From IMG/VR virus record IMGVR_UViG_3300028610_000533, positions 1-50,710 of that record: DNA of 50,710 nucleotides; one strand, written 5' to 3'. The notes below the pieces were generated by a model, which was not told the DNA's origin, did no database searches, and saw only the letters and a list, made by a program, of their open reading frames with translations. The translations under genes and the position numbers were made by a program. Source of the stretch: a virus. Lineage: Duplodnaviria; Caudoviricetes. Positions 10,701 through 19,605 of this stretch are shown here, in pieces; position 1 is the stretch's first letter, and each line of letters starts with the position of its first letter.

Positions 10701-13436
10701 CAAGCCCAGAGAATTACCGAAGCCCGTAAGCAAGAAGCAGCAGAACTCGTCAAAGCCTTTGCCCCCAAAGAACAAAGGGCCGATTTCCTGAAACGTGTCG
10801 CGGCGGTTAAGACTCCGAAGAACTTAGAGAAGATTATCGAGGCTATCGAAAAGGGTATTACCCGTGCCGAGAAGCGAGAATCTATCGGCAGACTCAACAA
10901 GGCAGTCAAGGCCATTAAACCCAAGAAGATGTTGCCTGAATTCAGGGATCAGGCCCAAAGCCTTGTAGACAGTTTGCAAGCAGGTAAACTCAGACCGGAA
11001 TCTGTTGTGCGTAATGATGACCTGAAAGATATGGCCCAACAGGTACTCGATCAGACACCGGAGGGGGTGGATTCAGCGGCATCGTTCGCAGCAGAAAGAA
11101 TCCTTGCCGAACTCAGAAGCAAAAAGGCCAAGACGTTTGAAGTCAATAAGCTGTCCGTAGAAGCTATTGACCAGATTGCCGACTCATTGACTGCCCTGCG
11201 GTTCCTTAACGAACAGGATACTATTGCGGCGAAATTCCAACAAGCCAAAGAAGCTATTCGCCGACAGAAGGAAATCAAAGAATCCGTAACCACGCCACCC
11301 AAAGGCACGGAACTTGTCAGGAAAGTTAAAATAATCCACGACAATATCGAGTCGGTTTCGGATGCCATATCAGGAGCAAGGCCCGGCACATACGATTTAT
11401 GGTTGAGAACCAAACCCATTATGACTAAGTATGTCTATGATGTTCTGGATGCAGGTGTTGATGTTCAATACAGACATGCCCAAGAAGCCAAGCGGGTCAT
11501 GTTACAGATACTCGCTGATAATAATGTAAGTCCCAACGAGATTGTTTCATGGTCGGCACGCCCCAGCTTGAAGAACACTATCAAGGAAAAGCTCGGTTTC
11601 AATCCCAATATAGTTGTTCACACATTCACCTTAGAGGATTCACAAGGGAATACAACAAAGTATGATTTCACCACAAACGAACTCATGGCAATCTTCATGC
11701 ACGCCCGCAATAGTCATAACTTCGCTGTCCTGCTGAATGATGGTGTCAACAGATTTGTTGGTGGGCAGAAGCAGAAGATTCGCGGATTCACAGTTGAGAT
11801 AGTCGATGATATGATTGCGGAGTTGACTACCCAACAGAAGAGCGTAGCCCGCCAGATCGGGTCTAAGTTGTTGGATGGTTTCAATCGGGATGCGATCAAC
11901 AAGACTTCTGTTGAGTTAGAGTTTTATGAAATTGCCAGAGTAGAGAACTACTTCCCCGCCCCCAGATCGATCACAAGAACTCTCAGGGGCGAACAAATGA
12001 GGCCATACATAATGCTTCTTGAGAGTATGGGTATGCTCAAAGAGAGAACCGGCATCAATAATCCCCTCCGGCTCACGGGATTCTTTGAAACTGTGTATGG
12101 TTCTAATAAGAACGCAGCAGCTTATGTTGGGTTGGCAAAACCACTTAGAGAAGTGAAGTCTGTACTAACACAAGATGTCACTGAGGCAATGGAGGATGCA
12201 GGCAGAAAAGCAGAGTCCGACAGATTACAGGATTTACTCACGCAGTTCGAGAACACAAGCCCTATCATCCAGCCGCTCGATAGAGCATTATTCAGGGCGT
12301 TGGGGGGCTTTGCAAGGTCGAAATTATTCCTTAACCTCAAAATCGCACCACGGCAGCAGATATCATTCACTCTCGTAACTGCCTACGTTGACCCGAAATA
12401 CATGACGGCGGCCAGAGGCATAGCCACAAAAGATGTTCAATCGCAGATTGACGCTATATCACCTCAGTATGGTACGGCACGCTCAGAAGGGTTACAGTTC
12501 GACAGGGATGTAGGTGATGCGTGGGCGCAGAACGAAATGCTCAACTACCTCACAGGGCAGGCGTCGATTGTAGACAAGGCTGCTCTGCCGATGCGGTTCT
12601 TCGACACAAACGCAATCCACGACATATTCAGGGTGGCAAAGGCCGAAGTAATTGGCGAGAATCCCAACATCGATATCAATAGCCGCGAAGGGCAGGCGTT
12701 GCTGAAAGACCGTTTCGATTGGTTAGTTCGCCACACCCAACCAATATGGCATGTTAAAGACAGGTCACTTCTTGGTGGGCAGAAGACAAACGCCCTTCTC
12801 AGGGCAGCGACAATGTTCATGTCCCAGAGAGAGCAGCTTATGCGCATGCAGATTAACGCAATCTCTGAGTTCTCGCAGAGCAAGAAGACTACAGCGGACA
12901 AGCTTCGCCTCGCAAGGGTTATGGGGACAGTGGGCTTGAACATGGCAGCGTTTACGCTCTACAACTTTGCATTCGCCACATTGGTACAGAGAAAAGACAG
13001 GGATATTTTAGACCTGATTCGCAACTTCTTCTCCGACATGATATCCTTGCCGTTCTTCGGCAACTGGTTTGCACGTTTGTTTGAGGCCATGTTCAATACT
13101 ACAGCAGGCAAGCCCTCGTTTCGGGACTTAGGCGAAACGGCGATTGAGTCGATAGCCAAAGATATTCTAATTGACGGGCTGTTGAATTACTGGAAATCCG
13201 CAAACCATTTCATCGAAGGTGACGATAGATGGGAAAGAGAGTTGCTTGTCGCTATAGATTCCACAGCCGAAGGGGTTGCGGCATTAACCGGATTACCTTA
13301 TTATGGGGCGAAAGAAGCGGTTAAGATTATTGATGCACAGATCAAGAGATTAGAAGAAACACCTGCACCCAGAGGGCGGCGGCGTCCGGCTACCAGACGA
13401 AGGAGTAGGCGACCAACCAGGCGAAGGAGCAGATAA
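7749..13436 (+). CDS. Large ejection / internal virion protein (gp16-like, 1895 aa)
   Basis: Size and synteny; Gly/Ala hydrophobic segment (AAGGLVGTAAGAVVG...); Pro/Glu linker; GAFHFESGIRRFGAWSKRM segment as in large polyvalent phage proteins; Arg-rich C-terminal tail. Confidence 0.7.
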   Translation: MVVVVDDKTRTQVRSRLQELQARSEVEQKIQGGSIISDADREAFPDLAQQQDDINEIKGRIKPREPFVVPDLPESFIPDHTGIITEDVMNDPDPFGTNAMGFEPIFDTDELKRAFWFSQQFGFPLETTMPLTDPLVEKYGDPVKMPDNQRGFLANIKESAIRGHETVASDVAIYNSVWLGQGDSRATLDARRKLNEEIALDPIEGSLIAEIVYGGANVATGWLTSSVESLPEMAAGGLVGTAAGAVVGAPAFGVGALPGAVIGGRIGLKAGYVAGTVDFWYRQGAGAMYAEMTDEGTDPEVAQWAASIAAVPYAAIELSQISRLTPGLRRTAQQGVKKGVMKVIREAIKQYGKTWSAEVFEEVQQKIVTETAGEMAGAIDAVRKLLDTDAPVEVQEERRRLAEEAIEETAALFDPTAMSPEDKARRDEALQGYKESVLDSVETLTVEAIEAAKSLALLPVGNVAVDITTGTREVLDAKKRADVNAKLDADKTAAFTASEKTDISDAAKATIEIIEDKGPLAPAESQKLDFLKANQNNPNNLILGFGMEHEPTTSLELTGDVLEDTVSGKLESLVAEFVNVEPDPDGTRRLVFQTAADAQSAAQSLGDRMDQQGEDISMHINGNILDITVSPEQEAELTGEPVTPPTEALAVAPVAEPVTEAAKAVPEAEAIQPPVEVPEAELLEQAREIPEAPEAVEQVEVPETGEIIEPSEKEPFEMTRAEFQEAAPVADKPNDVFFVKIGNKDVEVIQNPTSSDRRQLSREVRDEFPDLQRDEPTTRSTRDIAGNEFIWKAGDAIHVTIEPLITERIGESVGQNLERPTHQRVVFDAVKAGESVPLNVLQEFEGQEFADEAIAELQREEIPTGKRIITQEAFDAALKRFTDQSKVTTGIDPQQLKDAVIIGAFHFESGIRRFGAWSKRMIADLGESIQPHLREVWTDMRAAIKEGESLRRQVRGEKKAAAVGFKAGERASREKAKVAVQKLKQAQRITEARKQEAAELVKAFAPKEQRADFLKRVAAVKTPKNLEKIIEAIEKGITRAEKRESIGRLNKAVKAIKPKKMLPEFRDQAQSLVDSLQAGKLRPESVVRNDDLKDMAQQVLDQTPEGVDSAASFAAERILAELRSKKAKTFEVNKLSVEAIDQIADSLTALRFLNEQDTIAAKFQQAKEAIRRQKEIKESVTTPPKGTELVRKVKIIHDNIESVSDAISGARPGTYDLWLRTKPIMTKYVYDVLDAGVDVQYRHAQEAKRVMLQILADNNVSPNEIVSWSARPSLKNTIKEKLGFNPNIVVHTFTLEDSQGNTTKYDFTTNELMAIFMHARNSHNFAVLLNDGVNRFVGGQKQKIRGFTVEIVDDMIAELTTQQKSVARQIGSKLLDGFNRDAINKTSVELEFYEIARVENYFPAPRSITRTLRGEQMRPYIMLLESMGMLKERTGINNPLRLTGFFETVYGSNKNAAAYVGLAKPLREVKSVLTQDVTEAMEDAGRKAESDRLQDLLTQFENTSPIIQPLDRALFRALGGFARSKLFLNLKIAPRQQISFTLVTAYVDPKYMTAARGIATKDVQSQIDAISPQYGTARSEGLQFDRDVGDAWAQNEMLNYLTGQASIVDKAALPMRFFDTNAIHDIFRVAKAEVIGENPNIDINSREGQALLKDRFDWLVRHTQPIWHVKDRSLLGGQKTNALLRAATMFMSQREQLMRMQINAISEFSQSKKTTADKLRLARVMGTVGLNMAAFTLYNFAFATLVQRKDRDILDLIRNFFSDMISLPFFGNWFARLFEAMFNTTAGKPSFRDLGETAIESIAKDILIDGLLNYWKSANHFIEGDDRWERELLVAIDSTAEGVAALTGLPYYGAKEAVKIIDAQIKRLEETPAPRGRRRPATRRRSRRPTRRRSR

Positions 13437-13846
13437 TGGCAAAAGAACAATGGAAAGCAATTGGAGTTATTGCAACCTTAACCAGTTTAATGATAATCAT
13501 TGTAGGCATAGCGTGGTCTGGCGGTGGTAGAGTTACAGGTGTCGAAAAAGACATTGATAGTGTTAAAGAAAATGCTGTTGAGGACAGGAAGTCCATTGGT
13601 GACGTGTCTGCGGTAGTATCTGCGATTAAAGATAAGCAGGCGTCCGATTACAAAGAACTGAAACAAGACGCCAACGATGCTAAGTTACGCGACGAGAGGC
13701 AGTCTACCCAATACACCGCAATCCTGAATCACATGCAACAGCAGACAAGTCACAACGAGAAAGCCGAAGAATCTATCTCGGAAATGAAAACAGATATAGG
13801 CAAAATGCAGGTGAAGATGGAAACCTTAACAAAGGATGAAGAATAA
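13436..13846 (+). CDS. Single-TM coiled-coil membrane protein (possible lysis accessory)
   Basis: N-terminal TM helix followed by a long heptad-like region; near the end of the late operon. Confidence 0.5.
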   Translation: MAKEQWKAIGVIATLTSLMIIIVGIAWSGGGRVTGVEKDIDSVKENAVEDRKSIGDVSAVVSAIKDKQASDYKELKQDANDAKLRDERQSTQYTAILNHMQQQTSHNEKAEESISEMKTDIGKMQVKMETLTKDEE

Positions 13847-13911
13847 TGGCAAAAGTCAAACGCAAGAAACATAAAGTAAGGCGGAAGAAAAACAAAGTCA
13901 AAAAGAAATGA
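13846..13911 (+). CDS. 21-aa highly basic peptide MAKVKRKKHKVRRKKNKVKKK
   Basis: Start is coupled to the upstream stop (TAATG) and the ORF ends before the terminator; read directly from sequence. Confidence 0.5.
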   Translation: MAKVKRKKHKVRRKKNKVKKK

Positions 13912-13933
13912 ATGTTTTCTCCCTCCTCCTACG

Positions 13934-13968
13934 GCAAGTCTCGTTGAAAAGCGGGGCTTGCTTTATTT
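13934..13968 (+). terminator. Intrinsic terminator ending the late operon at the strand convergence
   Basis: GCAAGTCTCG...CGGGGCTTGC hairpin followed by TTTATTT. Confidence 0.6.
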
Positions 13969-14241
13969 AGCCCCCGCCTCTGGCTGGATAAGCCATGCCC
14001 CGAAAGCTACAAGAGTTGACGAGCCAATCTGCATAACATCGTGATATGCTTCTTCTGGATCGTCGCTGTTCCAATCACTTATCATCTTGCACAACGAATC
14101 CTTTTCTTCGTCGGGCCACCCCTCAAAATCGGATTCGTTCAAATCCTCACATCGCTGGGACAATTCATAACCGCTCGCCTGTCCCACATAGGAGGCTATC
14201 AGCCCTCGCTGGTTGGATGTTAGGTCTTGTAGGGCTATCAT
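13963..14241 (-). CDS. Hypothetical acidic protein
   Basis: ORF with ATGA overlap to the upstream gene. Confidence 0.5.
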   Translation of the reverse strand: MIALQDLTSNQRGLIASYVGQASGYELSQRCEDLNESDFEGWPDEEKDSLCKMISDWNSDDPEEAYHDVMQIGSSTLVAFGAWLIQPEAGAK

Positions 14242-14489
14242 TCCCCCGCCCCCTCTCTCGGTACAAACTTTACATCAACAGGCTCAAGCCCCATTGGTCC
14301 GAGTCGATAGAGCGGCATATTGGATTCCTGTCCGCCCATTTTGATCTTGCCCAGCGTCGGGTTCTCGATTTCCAAGCTGTTGATTTTCTGGTCGCCGATA
14401 CGAACGTATTCCATGTCCTTTGTTTTGATACGGACACAGCCACCCAGTACGATCATTAGCACGATTGCGATAAGCGTTTTAGTTTTCAT
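14238..14489 (-). CDS. Small lipoprotein
   Basis: MKTKTLIAIVLMIVLGG-C lipobox. Confidence 0.7.
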   Translation of the reverse strand: MKTKTLIAIVLMIVLGGCVRIKTKDMEYVRIGDQKINSLEIENPTLGKIKMGGQESNMPLYRLGPMGLEPVDVKFVPREGAGE

Positions 14490-14511
14490 TTGATTCCTTC
14501 CAGATTAAGAT

Positions 14512-14991
14512 TTATTCTTTGAACGCTACCCATCCAAGAGTAGCAGGTTTGAATCCTTCCTGTAACTCAGTAATAGTCACACTGTACAGTAATATGTCAT
14601 GCTTTTGTGAATAGAACGCTAGTAATGCGTTCATTATAACACCATCCTTCTCCTTAAACACGCCGCCGACACAACCGTAACCAATTGCGTATTCAATGCC
14701 TTCTTTCCTTCCGTCCTGTTTCTTAAACCACCACTTTCCACTTGTTGCTTCAAAGGCTTCATGCAGCACATACCCCGGAAATACAGGCGTGTCCGGTTTG
14801 GGCTGGTAGTCTTCGTGGATGCGATATCGGTTAGTTGGTATTTGCCCACTATCAGCCATTACCCACGCCCCGAAACTGTCCATGTATAATTTGTATTCCG
14901 AGGGTATGGCATCATATACAGCCTGCTCTTCCTGTGTCAGTCTGTGATAGACTGCCAAATTCTTTTTCAACTTCTTAATTATGTCTTTCAT
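14512..14991 (-). CDS. Hypothetical protein
   Basis: ORF with SD in the early - strand gene train. Confidence 0.55.
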   Translation of the reverse strand: MKDIIKKLKKNLAVYHRLTQEEQAVYDAIPSEYKLYMDSFGAWVMADSGQIPTNRYRIHEDYQPKPDTPVFPGYVLHEAFEATSGKWWFKKQDGRKEGIEYAIGYGCVGGVFKEKDGVIMNALLAFYSQKHDILLYSVTITELQEGFKPATLGWVAFKE

Positions 14992-15037
14992 TTGATTCCC
15001 TTTCAGATTTACGATTCCTTTGTCATTGCAGCGGCGA

Positions 15038-15547
15038 TTAGGTAGTGGTGCATCGCGGCTGTATTATATTTAGTCTCGCAAACTCACCAAAAGCCTCCGA
15101 CGCAGCTTTATTGTATGTACCGGCGGCTCGCATCGGGCAGATATGACATCCAAGGTTAAGGTTTTTACCATCTACGGTTATTTGTGCAACGAATTTACTT
15201 TGGTTACTTTTCCATGATACACCTTTGAATCCGGTCTTGTTGGTACTTCTTGTCTTTTGATTACGAATATTCTCTTTTGTGGAACATGCTCTTAAATTGT
15301 GCCTCTGATTATCGCACCCATTACCGTTTTTGTGGTCGCCTAATTCTCCGTCTGCTAATCCCATTATGATGCGGTGCATGTGCAATATAGCCTGCTTGCC
15401 GCCTACGACGAGTCTGCGTTCAGCATAGATAGTGCCATGTTTTTCGTGCGCTGACCATTTGTGCCGAGCGAGATATGTATAATCAGCATTGTCTACGAGA
15501 GCGAAAGTGTTTGGGTGTTTAGGTGTTGATATATCGATCAGCTTCAT
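15038..15547 (-). CDS. HNH endonuclease with AP2 DNA-binding domain
   Basis: MHRIIMG...DHKNGNGCDNQRHNLR (HNH) and GFKGVSW...FVAQITVDGK..NLG...AYNKAA-like..FGEFARLN (AP2); start at ATG 15547 with GGAG SD. Confidence 0.9.
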   Translation of the reverse strand: MKLIDISTPKHPNTFALVDNADYTYLARHKWSAHEKHGTIYAERRLVVGGKQAILHMHRIIMGLADGELGDHKNGNGCDNQRHNLRACSTKENIRNQKTRSTNKTGFKGVSWKSNQSKFVAQITVDGKNLNLGCHICPMRAAGTYNKAASEAFGEFARLNIIQPRCTTT

Positions 15548-15667
15548 GTTACTATCTCCTATAATAGTTAATCCTAATAATATTGGGGCAGCAGGACAGT
15601 TAGGATGCCTGTCTTTTCGGTCGCTAAACCTATCTGCCCCGCATTGTAACACATCACATACCATCTG

Positions 15668-16138
15668 TCAATCACTTTCCCAATCAAGCAAAGCCTCTTT
15701 CATGGCGTGTTCTTCGATAAATTCCTCCAACTCCTTAATCCGCTTCCGCAATTCGGGAACATCAGTTCTGCCCTTATACACATCTTCGTAGACTTCCAAC
15801 TCCGTTATCCGCTTGTCTTTGTCTGCGATTTCCTGCTTCACGGGCTTTAATAATATCTCTACTGCATCATTGAAATTGCCCGCCAGTGCGCCTTTCAACT
15901 CTGCGATTTCCCTGTCGGCGGATTCAAGGCGAATGCCCACTTCACAAATAGCTTGGGCTATGCTCTCGTCCATGTCGTTGTCAATTAACCCGACCAAACA
16001 GTATTCTTGTTCGTCGGCCACAAACACAACCATCTGCCCGTCAACTCTCCGACAATATGGCTTTTCGCCACATCCGTTTGTTAATCCTAATACTACTTCC
16101 GCATGTGTCATTTCAACCTTTTTCGTGGCTTCACTCAT
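15668..16138 (-). CDS. Hypothetical coiled-coil protein
   Basis: ORF in the gene train; repeated KRITELE/KRIKELE. Confidence 0.55.
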   Translation of the reverse strand: MSEATKKVEMTHAEVVLGLTNGCGEKPYCRRVDGQMVVFVADEQEYCLVGLIDNDMDESIAQAICEVGIRLESADREIAELKGALAGNFNDAVEILLKPVKQEIADKDKRITELEVYEDVYKGRTDVPELRKRIKELEEFIEEHAMKEALLDWESD

Positions 16139-16529
16139 CTTTTACCTCGCTTTCGATAAGTTCGATAGACTTGAATAGGCGTAATGCGTATTTCACATTT
16201 CCAACAGCAAGACACCATGCAAGAGTAATGTCGCAATATGCGATTGTTCCAGTATGGGGAACAGTGAGGTTGGGCGAACACTTTAATGGGACACACCTCA
16301 CCTCATCCCCCGCAAACACGGCCTTCCCGTTCTTGTCGTCTGTGACATAGCGGCGGTTCCATGCGGCGATAAGTATTGCCCTTACCTCTTCATTAGTGAC
16401 TTTACCCGGAAACACCATCGTGCTTGACGCATTGCACTCAAAGCAACATACAAACCACCCATCTACCGCAATACTTCCATCTTGCATTTCCGCTTCGCCC
16501 CCGCAGTACGGGCATCTTTCAATTTCCAT
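16131..16529 (-). CDS. Lar (restriction alleviation)-like Zn ribbon fused to a YopX-like C-terminus
   Basis: CPYCGG...CFEC...AAWNRR is the Lar signature; it is followed by DKNGKAVFAGDEV (YopX-like). Confidence 0.7.
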   Translation of the reverse strand: MEIERCPYCGGEAEMQDGSIAVDGWFVCCFECNASSTMVFPGKVTNEEVRAILIAAWNRRYVTDDKNGKAVFAGDEVRCVPLKCSPNLTVPHTGTIAYCDITLAWCLAVGNVKYALRLFKSIELIESEVKDE

Positions 16530-17319
16530 GCTCTATCCTTTCAAACGAAGTTTTCCATACGAATGGATTCCCCCGCACATACCACGGCAGTCCCTTGTGC
16601 TCTCTGGTTTCAGTTCCTTCCGCCCACGGGTAGGATTCGTAATGGGTGATTACCCCTTTGCGGCGGCGGGGGCTTGGTTTTGAGTAGCAGGCGCCCCAGA
16701 GTCTCGCGTAAGCCACAAACGGCTTAGTAGTCCAGAACCCATCCCCGCACGAGTATTCGGTGAGTTCCGGGTAAACATCGCCACACCGCTGCAAAATTCC
16801 TTCTGCCTCAATATCTGCGTCACTTATATCCTGCACCCGCTCCACCCCATCCCCTGTTACTTTAAGCCATGTACGGGCATCTTTTTTGGGCATGTGGATG
16901 GAGGGGCGCCATTTAATATCTGCCGCAGTTATATCAACATCGTCTCCGTGCTCAGTGTCTTTGGCATCCCAGTGCAGCGGCATATCAGCCCTATACAGGC
17001 AATATCCCAGAGCTTCCCCGCTACAGTGATCCTGCCACGTCTCCCGACAATAAAGTAAATCTCCGACAGAGCCGAGAGGGTTTCTGATTAGCGTGCAGTG
17101 TTGTGATTTGGGTCCGCGATTATTACCCCAAAACATATCCCGCCATACCATGTTTTCTGGGGGGCAACGGAATTGCAATACGCCTGCGTCACTTAATCTG
17201 CCTTCTGTATTGGGCAGTGTGTGACAGTCAAGCTTAATCGGTCTCCGCGTCTGCGTCTTTCGGTCTTCCAGTACAGCCAGATTCATCGGGCCGTTGAAAA
17301 GTACGGGTCGCTCTTTCAT
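16519..17319 (-). CDS. ASCH/PUA-like phage protein
   Basis: MKERPVLFNGPM..AVLEDRKTQTRR, GDLLYCRETW, WRPSIHMPK, VERVQDISDAD..AEG and NPFVW family motifs. Confidence 0.8.
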   Translation of the reverse strand: MKERPVLFNGPMNLAVLEDRKTQTRRPIKLDCHTLPNTEGRLSDAGVLQFRCPPENMVWRDMFWGNNRGPKSQHCTLIRNPLGSVGDLLYCRETWQDHCSGEALGYCLYRADMPLHWDAKDTEHGDDVDITAADIKWRPSIHMPKKDARTWLKVTGDGVERVQDISDADIEAEGILQRCGDVYPELTEYSCGDGFWTTKPFVAYARLWGACYSKPSPRRRKGVITHYESYPWAEGTETREHKGLPWYVRGNPFVWKTSFERIEHGN

Positions 17320-17552
17320 ATCGTTTTCCCCAATTTCTCTATCAATGGTTTCATCTGACATCCGACATAGTGTCCTTTATCTGTTTGTTTCACTAAACTG
17401 TTGAGAATCTGTGTTGCTATAGGATTATTGCAAGCTTCATAGTTCCAGTTAGCTTGCGCCCATGCGACCGGACACGGTTCTTCACCGAGGAGACAATTAG
17501 AACACTCATCGTCGAATACCATGCCTTCGCTGCCATTACTGAAATATGCCAT
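17316..17552 (-). CDS. Conserved Cys-containing hypothetical phage protein
   Basis: MAYFSNGSEG..F...CSNC...CPV pattern. Confidence 0.55.
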   Translation of the reverse strand: MAYFSNGSEGMVFDDECSNCLLGEEPCPVAWAQANWNYEACNNPIATQILNSLVKQTDKGHYVGCQMKPLIEKLGKTI

Positions 17553-17553
17553 A

Positions 17554-17991
17554 TCAAATCCTTTCCGCCTCAATCTCGTCAACAAGCCATTTATGGTTAG
17601 GCCAGTTACCTGCATATTCTTTTCGGGCTTCCAGTGTCTGTCCCCGTAACCATTTGCCTACATTTTCCCTGTCTATGTCACGCTGCTTGTCCTGTCGCTT
17701 GCGCATTATCTCTTGCGGGTCTGTAATCGCTGCACCGAATTCCAGTGTCCAATATGAGTTATATACCCATGATTTGAAGTGTTTCCACGGGGGCACGAAA
17801 TCTGTAGCGTTCTTGCGGTGGGCTATCTGCTTCTTTATGGCTGGAACGAGCAGGGGGATGATTACCGAACGGTTGCCGTTAAATCGTTTCAGGCTCATAA
17901 AATATTCCCATTCGATAACCGGACCTCTCTTTGTGCCAGGGTAGATATATCTTGCTGCCTCGAAACGTATCTTCATATCAAGCTTGTCCAT
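17554..17991 (-). CDS. Putative replication-initiator C-terminal-like protein
   Basis: FE....YPG.K...FVPPWKHFKSWVYNSYW resembles the C-terminal domain of phage replisome organisers. Confidence 0.45.
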   Translation of the reverse strand: MDKLDMKIRFEAARYIYPGTKRGPVIEWEYFMSLKRFNGNRSVIIPLLVPAIKKQIAHRKNATDFVPPWKHFKSWVYNSYWTLEFGAAITDPQEIMRKRQDKQRDIDRENVGKWLRGQTLEARKEYAGNWPNHKWLVDEIEAERI

Positions 17992-18743
17992 TACTTCTCT
18001 CCAAATAAGGCATATTTGTCACGTTCGTCCTGTATCCGCTTCTCTGCTATCTTGCAGTAGTCGGGGCTTATCTCTATGCCTATGAAGTGACGGCCCATAC
18101 GGACAGCGGCAACACCTGTTGTGCCGGAACCACACGTAAAATCCAGAATAGTATCGCCCTCATTGGTGTATGTCTTGATTAGATATTTCATTAGGGCTAC
18201 CGGCTTTTGCGTGGGGTGCGCGGAGTTATTTTCTGATGCTATACTTATAAGGTTGAAGGGGTACTCCTCCCCGTTGTTACTTTTGCTTAAAGCCGTGTGT
18301 TTTCCGTATCCCTCAAACTCGCCGCTCCTGCTCACAAACCTCTCTCTCACCTGTTTCATCTGTGGGTTGTAGTTTGCCTGTTTACCGTAAAACACAACGA
18401 TATCTTCGGTAGTACGCAAAGGTTGTCTTTTAGCGTTCAAGAAACCAGTCTTACGGCTTTTCTCCCACACCCAACAATACGCAAACATTTTCATGTTAGA
18501 CGCTATTAGGGTTGTAGTGAATGGCTGCGAGGCCATCAAGACAATAGCACTGTCAGGTTTTGCTATGCGGCGCAACCTGTGCCACATTGGTTCAATAGGA
18601 ATCACATAATCCCATTTACATTGAGTTGTCCCATAAGGCGGGTCAGTCAGAACCAAATCCACACAGTTATCCGGCAATTGCTTCATAACCTCAAGGCAGT
18701 CCCCACAGATGACGGTATCAAGAATATCATTCACGTCAATCAT
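17991..18743 (-). CDS. DNA adenine/N4-cytosine methyltransferase (beta class)
   Basis: GDCLEVM, LTDPPY catalytic motif, HPTQKP and DFTCGSGTTG SAM-binding motif. Confidence 0.92.
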   Translation of the reverse strand: MIDVNDILDTVICGDCLEVMKQLPDNCVDLVLTDPPYGTTQCKWDYVIPIEPMWHRLRRIAKPDSAIVLMASQPFTTTLIASNMKMFAYCWVWEKSRKTGFLNAKRQPLRTTEDIVVFYGKQANYNPQMKQVRERFVSRSGEFEGYGKHTALSKSNNGEEYPFNLISIASENNSAHPTQKPVALMKYLIKTYTNEGDTILDFTCGSGTTGVAAVRMGRHFIGIEISPDYCKIAEKRIQDERDKYALFGEK

Positions 18744-18752
18744 GCTATTTCT

Positions 18753-18971
18753 CTATTCAAAATACTTCTTATAGTACCCGTTCAGTCTTGCCCATTGCTC
18801 AATAGCGTCAGGGCGGGCCTCAAGTGCCTCCCTGGTCCTATCGTCACTCGTTTGGCATATACCCTTCACGAACGCCGTAAGATGATTGTCGCCCGCCCTC
18901 TTAGCTATCTTCCAATGAGCGGTGAAGGCTGCTATTTGGAACTTGTCGCGTAATGTGGCGGGATTGCTCAC
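18753..18971 (-). CDS. Hypothetical protein
   Basis: ORF fills the gap in the gene train. Confidence 0.4.
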   Translation of the reverse strand: MSNPATLRDKFQIAAFTAHWKIAKRAGDNHLTAFVKGICQTSDDRTREALEARPDAIEQWARLNGYYKKYFE

Positions 18972-19153
18972 GTCGGTATCCTCACTTGGAAATTTCTACC
19001 TTTTGCCAATTCCAATACCTTCTCATGCAGCTTCTCCGATATCTCAGGGGTTATCAGGAATCCGCAGTCGGACACCTCAAGCCCGATGTGTGTACCGTGG
19101 TTAGTTAGCCAGAGTTTATCCTCGTCTTCGTCTGTGAAAGTGTGTGTTTTCAT
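18968..19153 (-). CDS. Hypothetical protein
   Basis: ATGA-coupled to the ninG-like gene. Confidence 0.45.
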   Translation of the reverse strand: MKTHTFTDEDEDKLWLTNHGTHIGLEVSDCGFLITPEISEKLHEKVLELAKGRNFQVRIPT

Positions 19154-19605
19154 TTCAATTGCTCCCAAATCTCTCTTAAATCAGAAATGTACAACGTCAC
19201 GGTTTTGGCATTCTCGTGTATCAGTTCGTCAATTACCCCATCACCATAGGTTTTCTGCATGAATCGGGTATAAGCAATCAGTTCTCCCCCGTGGTACATA
19301 TTGCACTGCTCACACTGGGCGTGTACGTTCCTCAGATTGAACAGGGCGCTATGTCGTCTCCCTTGGATGAAATGCCCCGCTTGCAGGTCTTTCGTGCTCC
19401 CACAGGTCACACAGGCCCCGTCGCGGCGAATTACATAGTCATGTAAAGCCTCAAGACACCATTTGAGCCATTGCTTCTTCAGATAGGCTTTCAGCGGGGT
19501 TGCCAGTACGTCAAGGTTTTTGGCAATATCGCCAACATCTTGCCCTCGCCGACTCATCTTCCCAGCCATGATCTTAATGCTACGGGTTAGTTTCTTGTTT
19601 CTCAT
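19150..19605 (-). CDS. ninG: NinG/Rap-family recombination endonuclease
   Basis: YVIRRD..CVTCG....QAGHF.....LFNLRNVHAQCEQCN...GE...Y motif; start at ATG 19605 with GGAG SD. Confidence 0.85.
   Translation of the reverse strand: MRNKKLTRSIKIMAGKMSRRGQDVGDIAKNLDVLATPLKAYLKKQWLKWCLEALHDYVIRRDGACVTCGSTKDLQAGHFIQGRRHSALFNLRNVHAQCEQCNMYHGGELIAYTRFMQKTYGDGVIDELIHENAKTVTLYISDLREIWEQLK

Noticed and set aside
13541-13550. 10-nt match GTCGAAAAAG to decoded array unit 12 as a self-target
   Set aside because: The match does not extend further and is compatible with chance in 50 kb.
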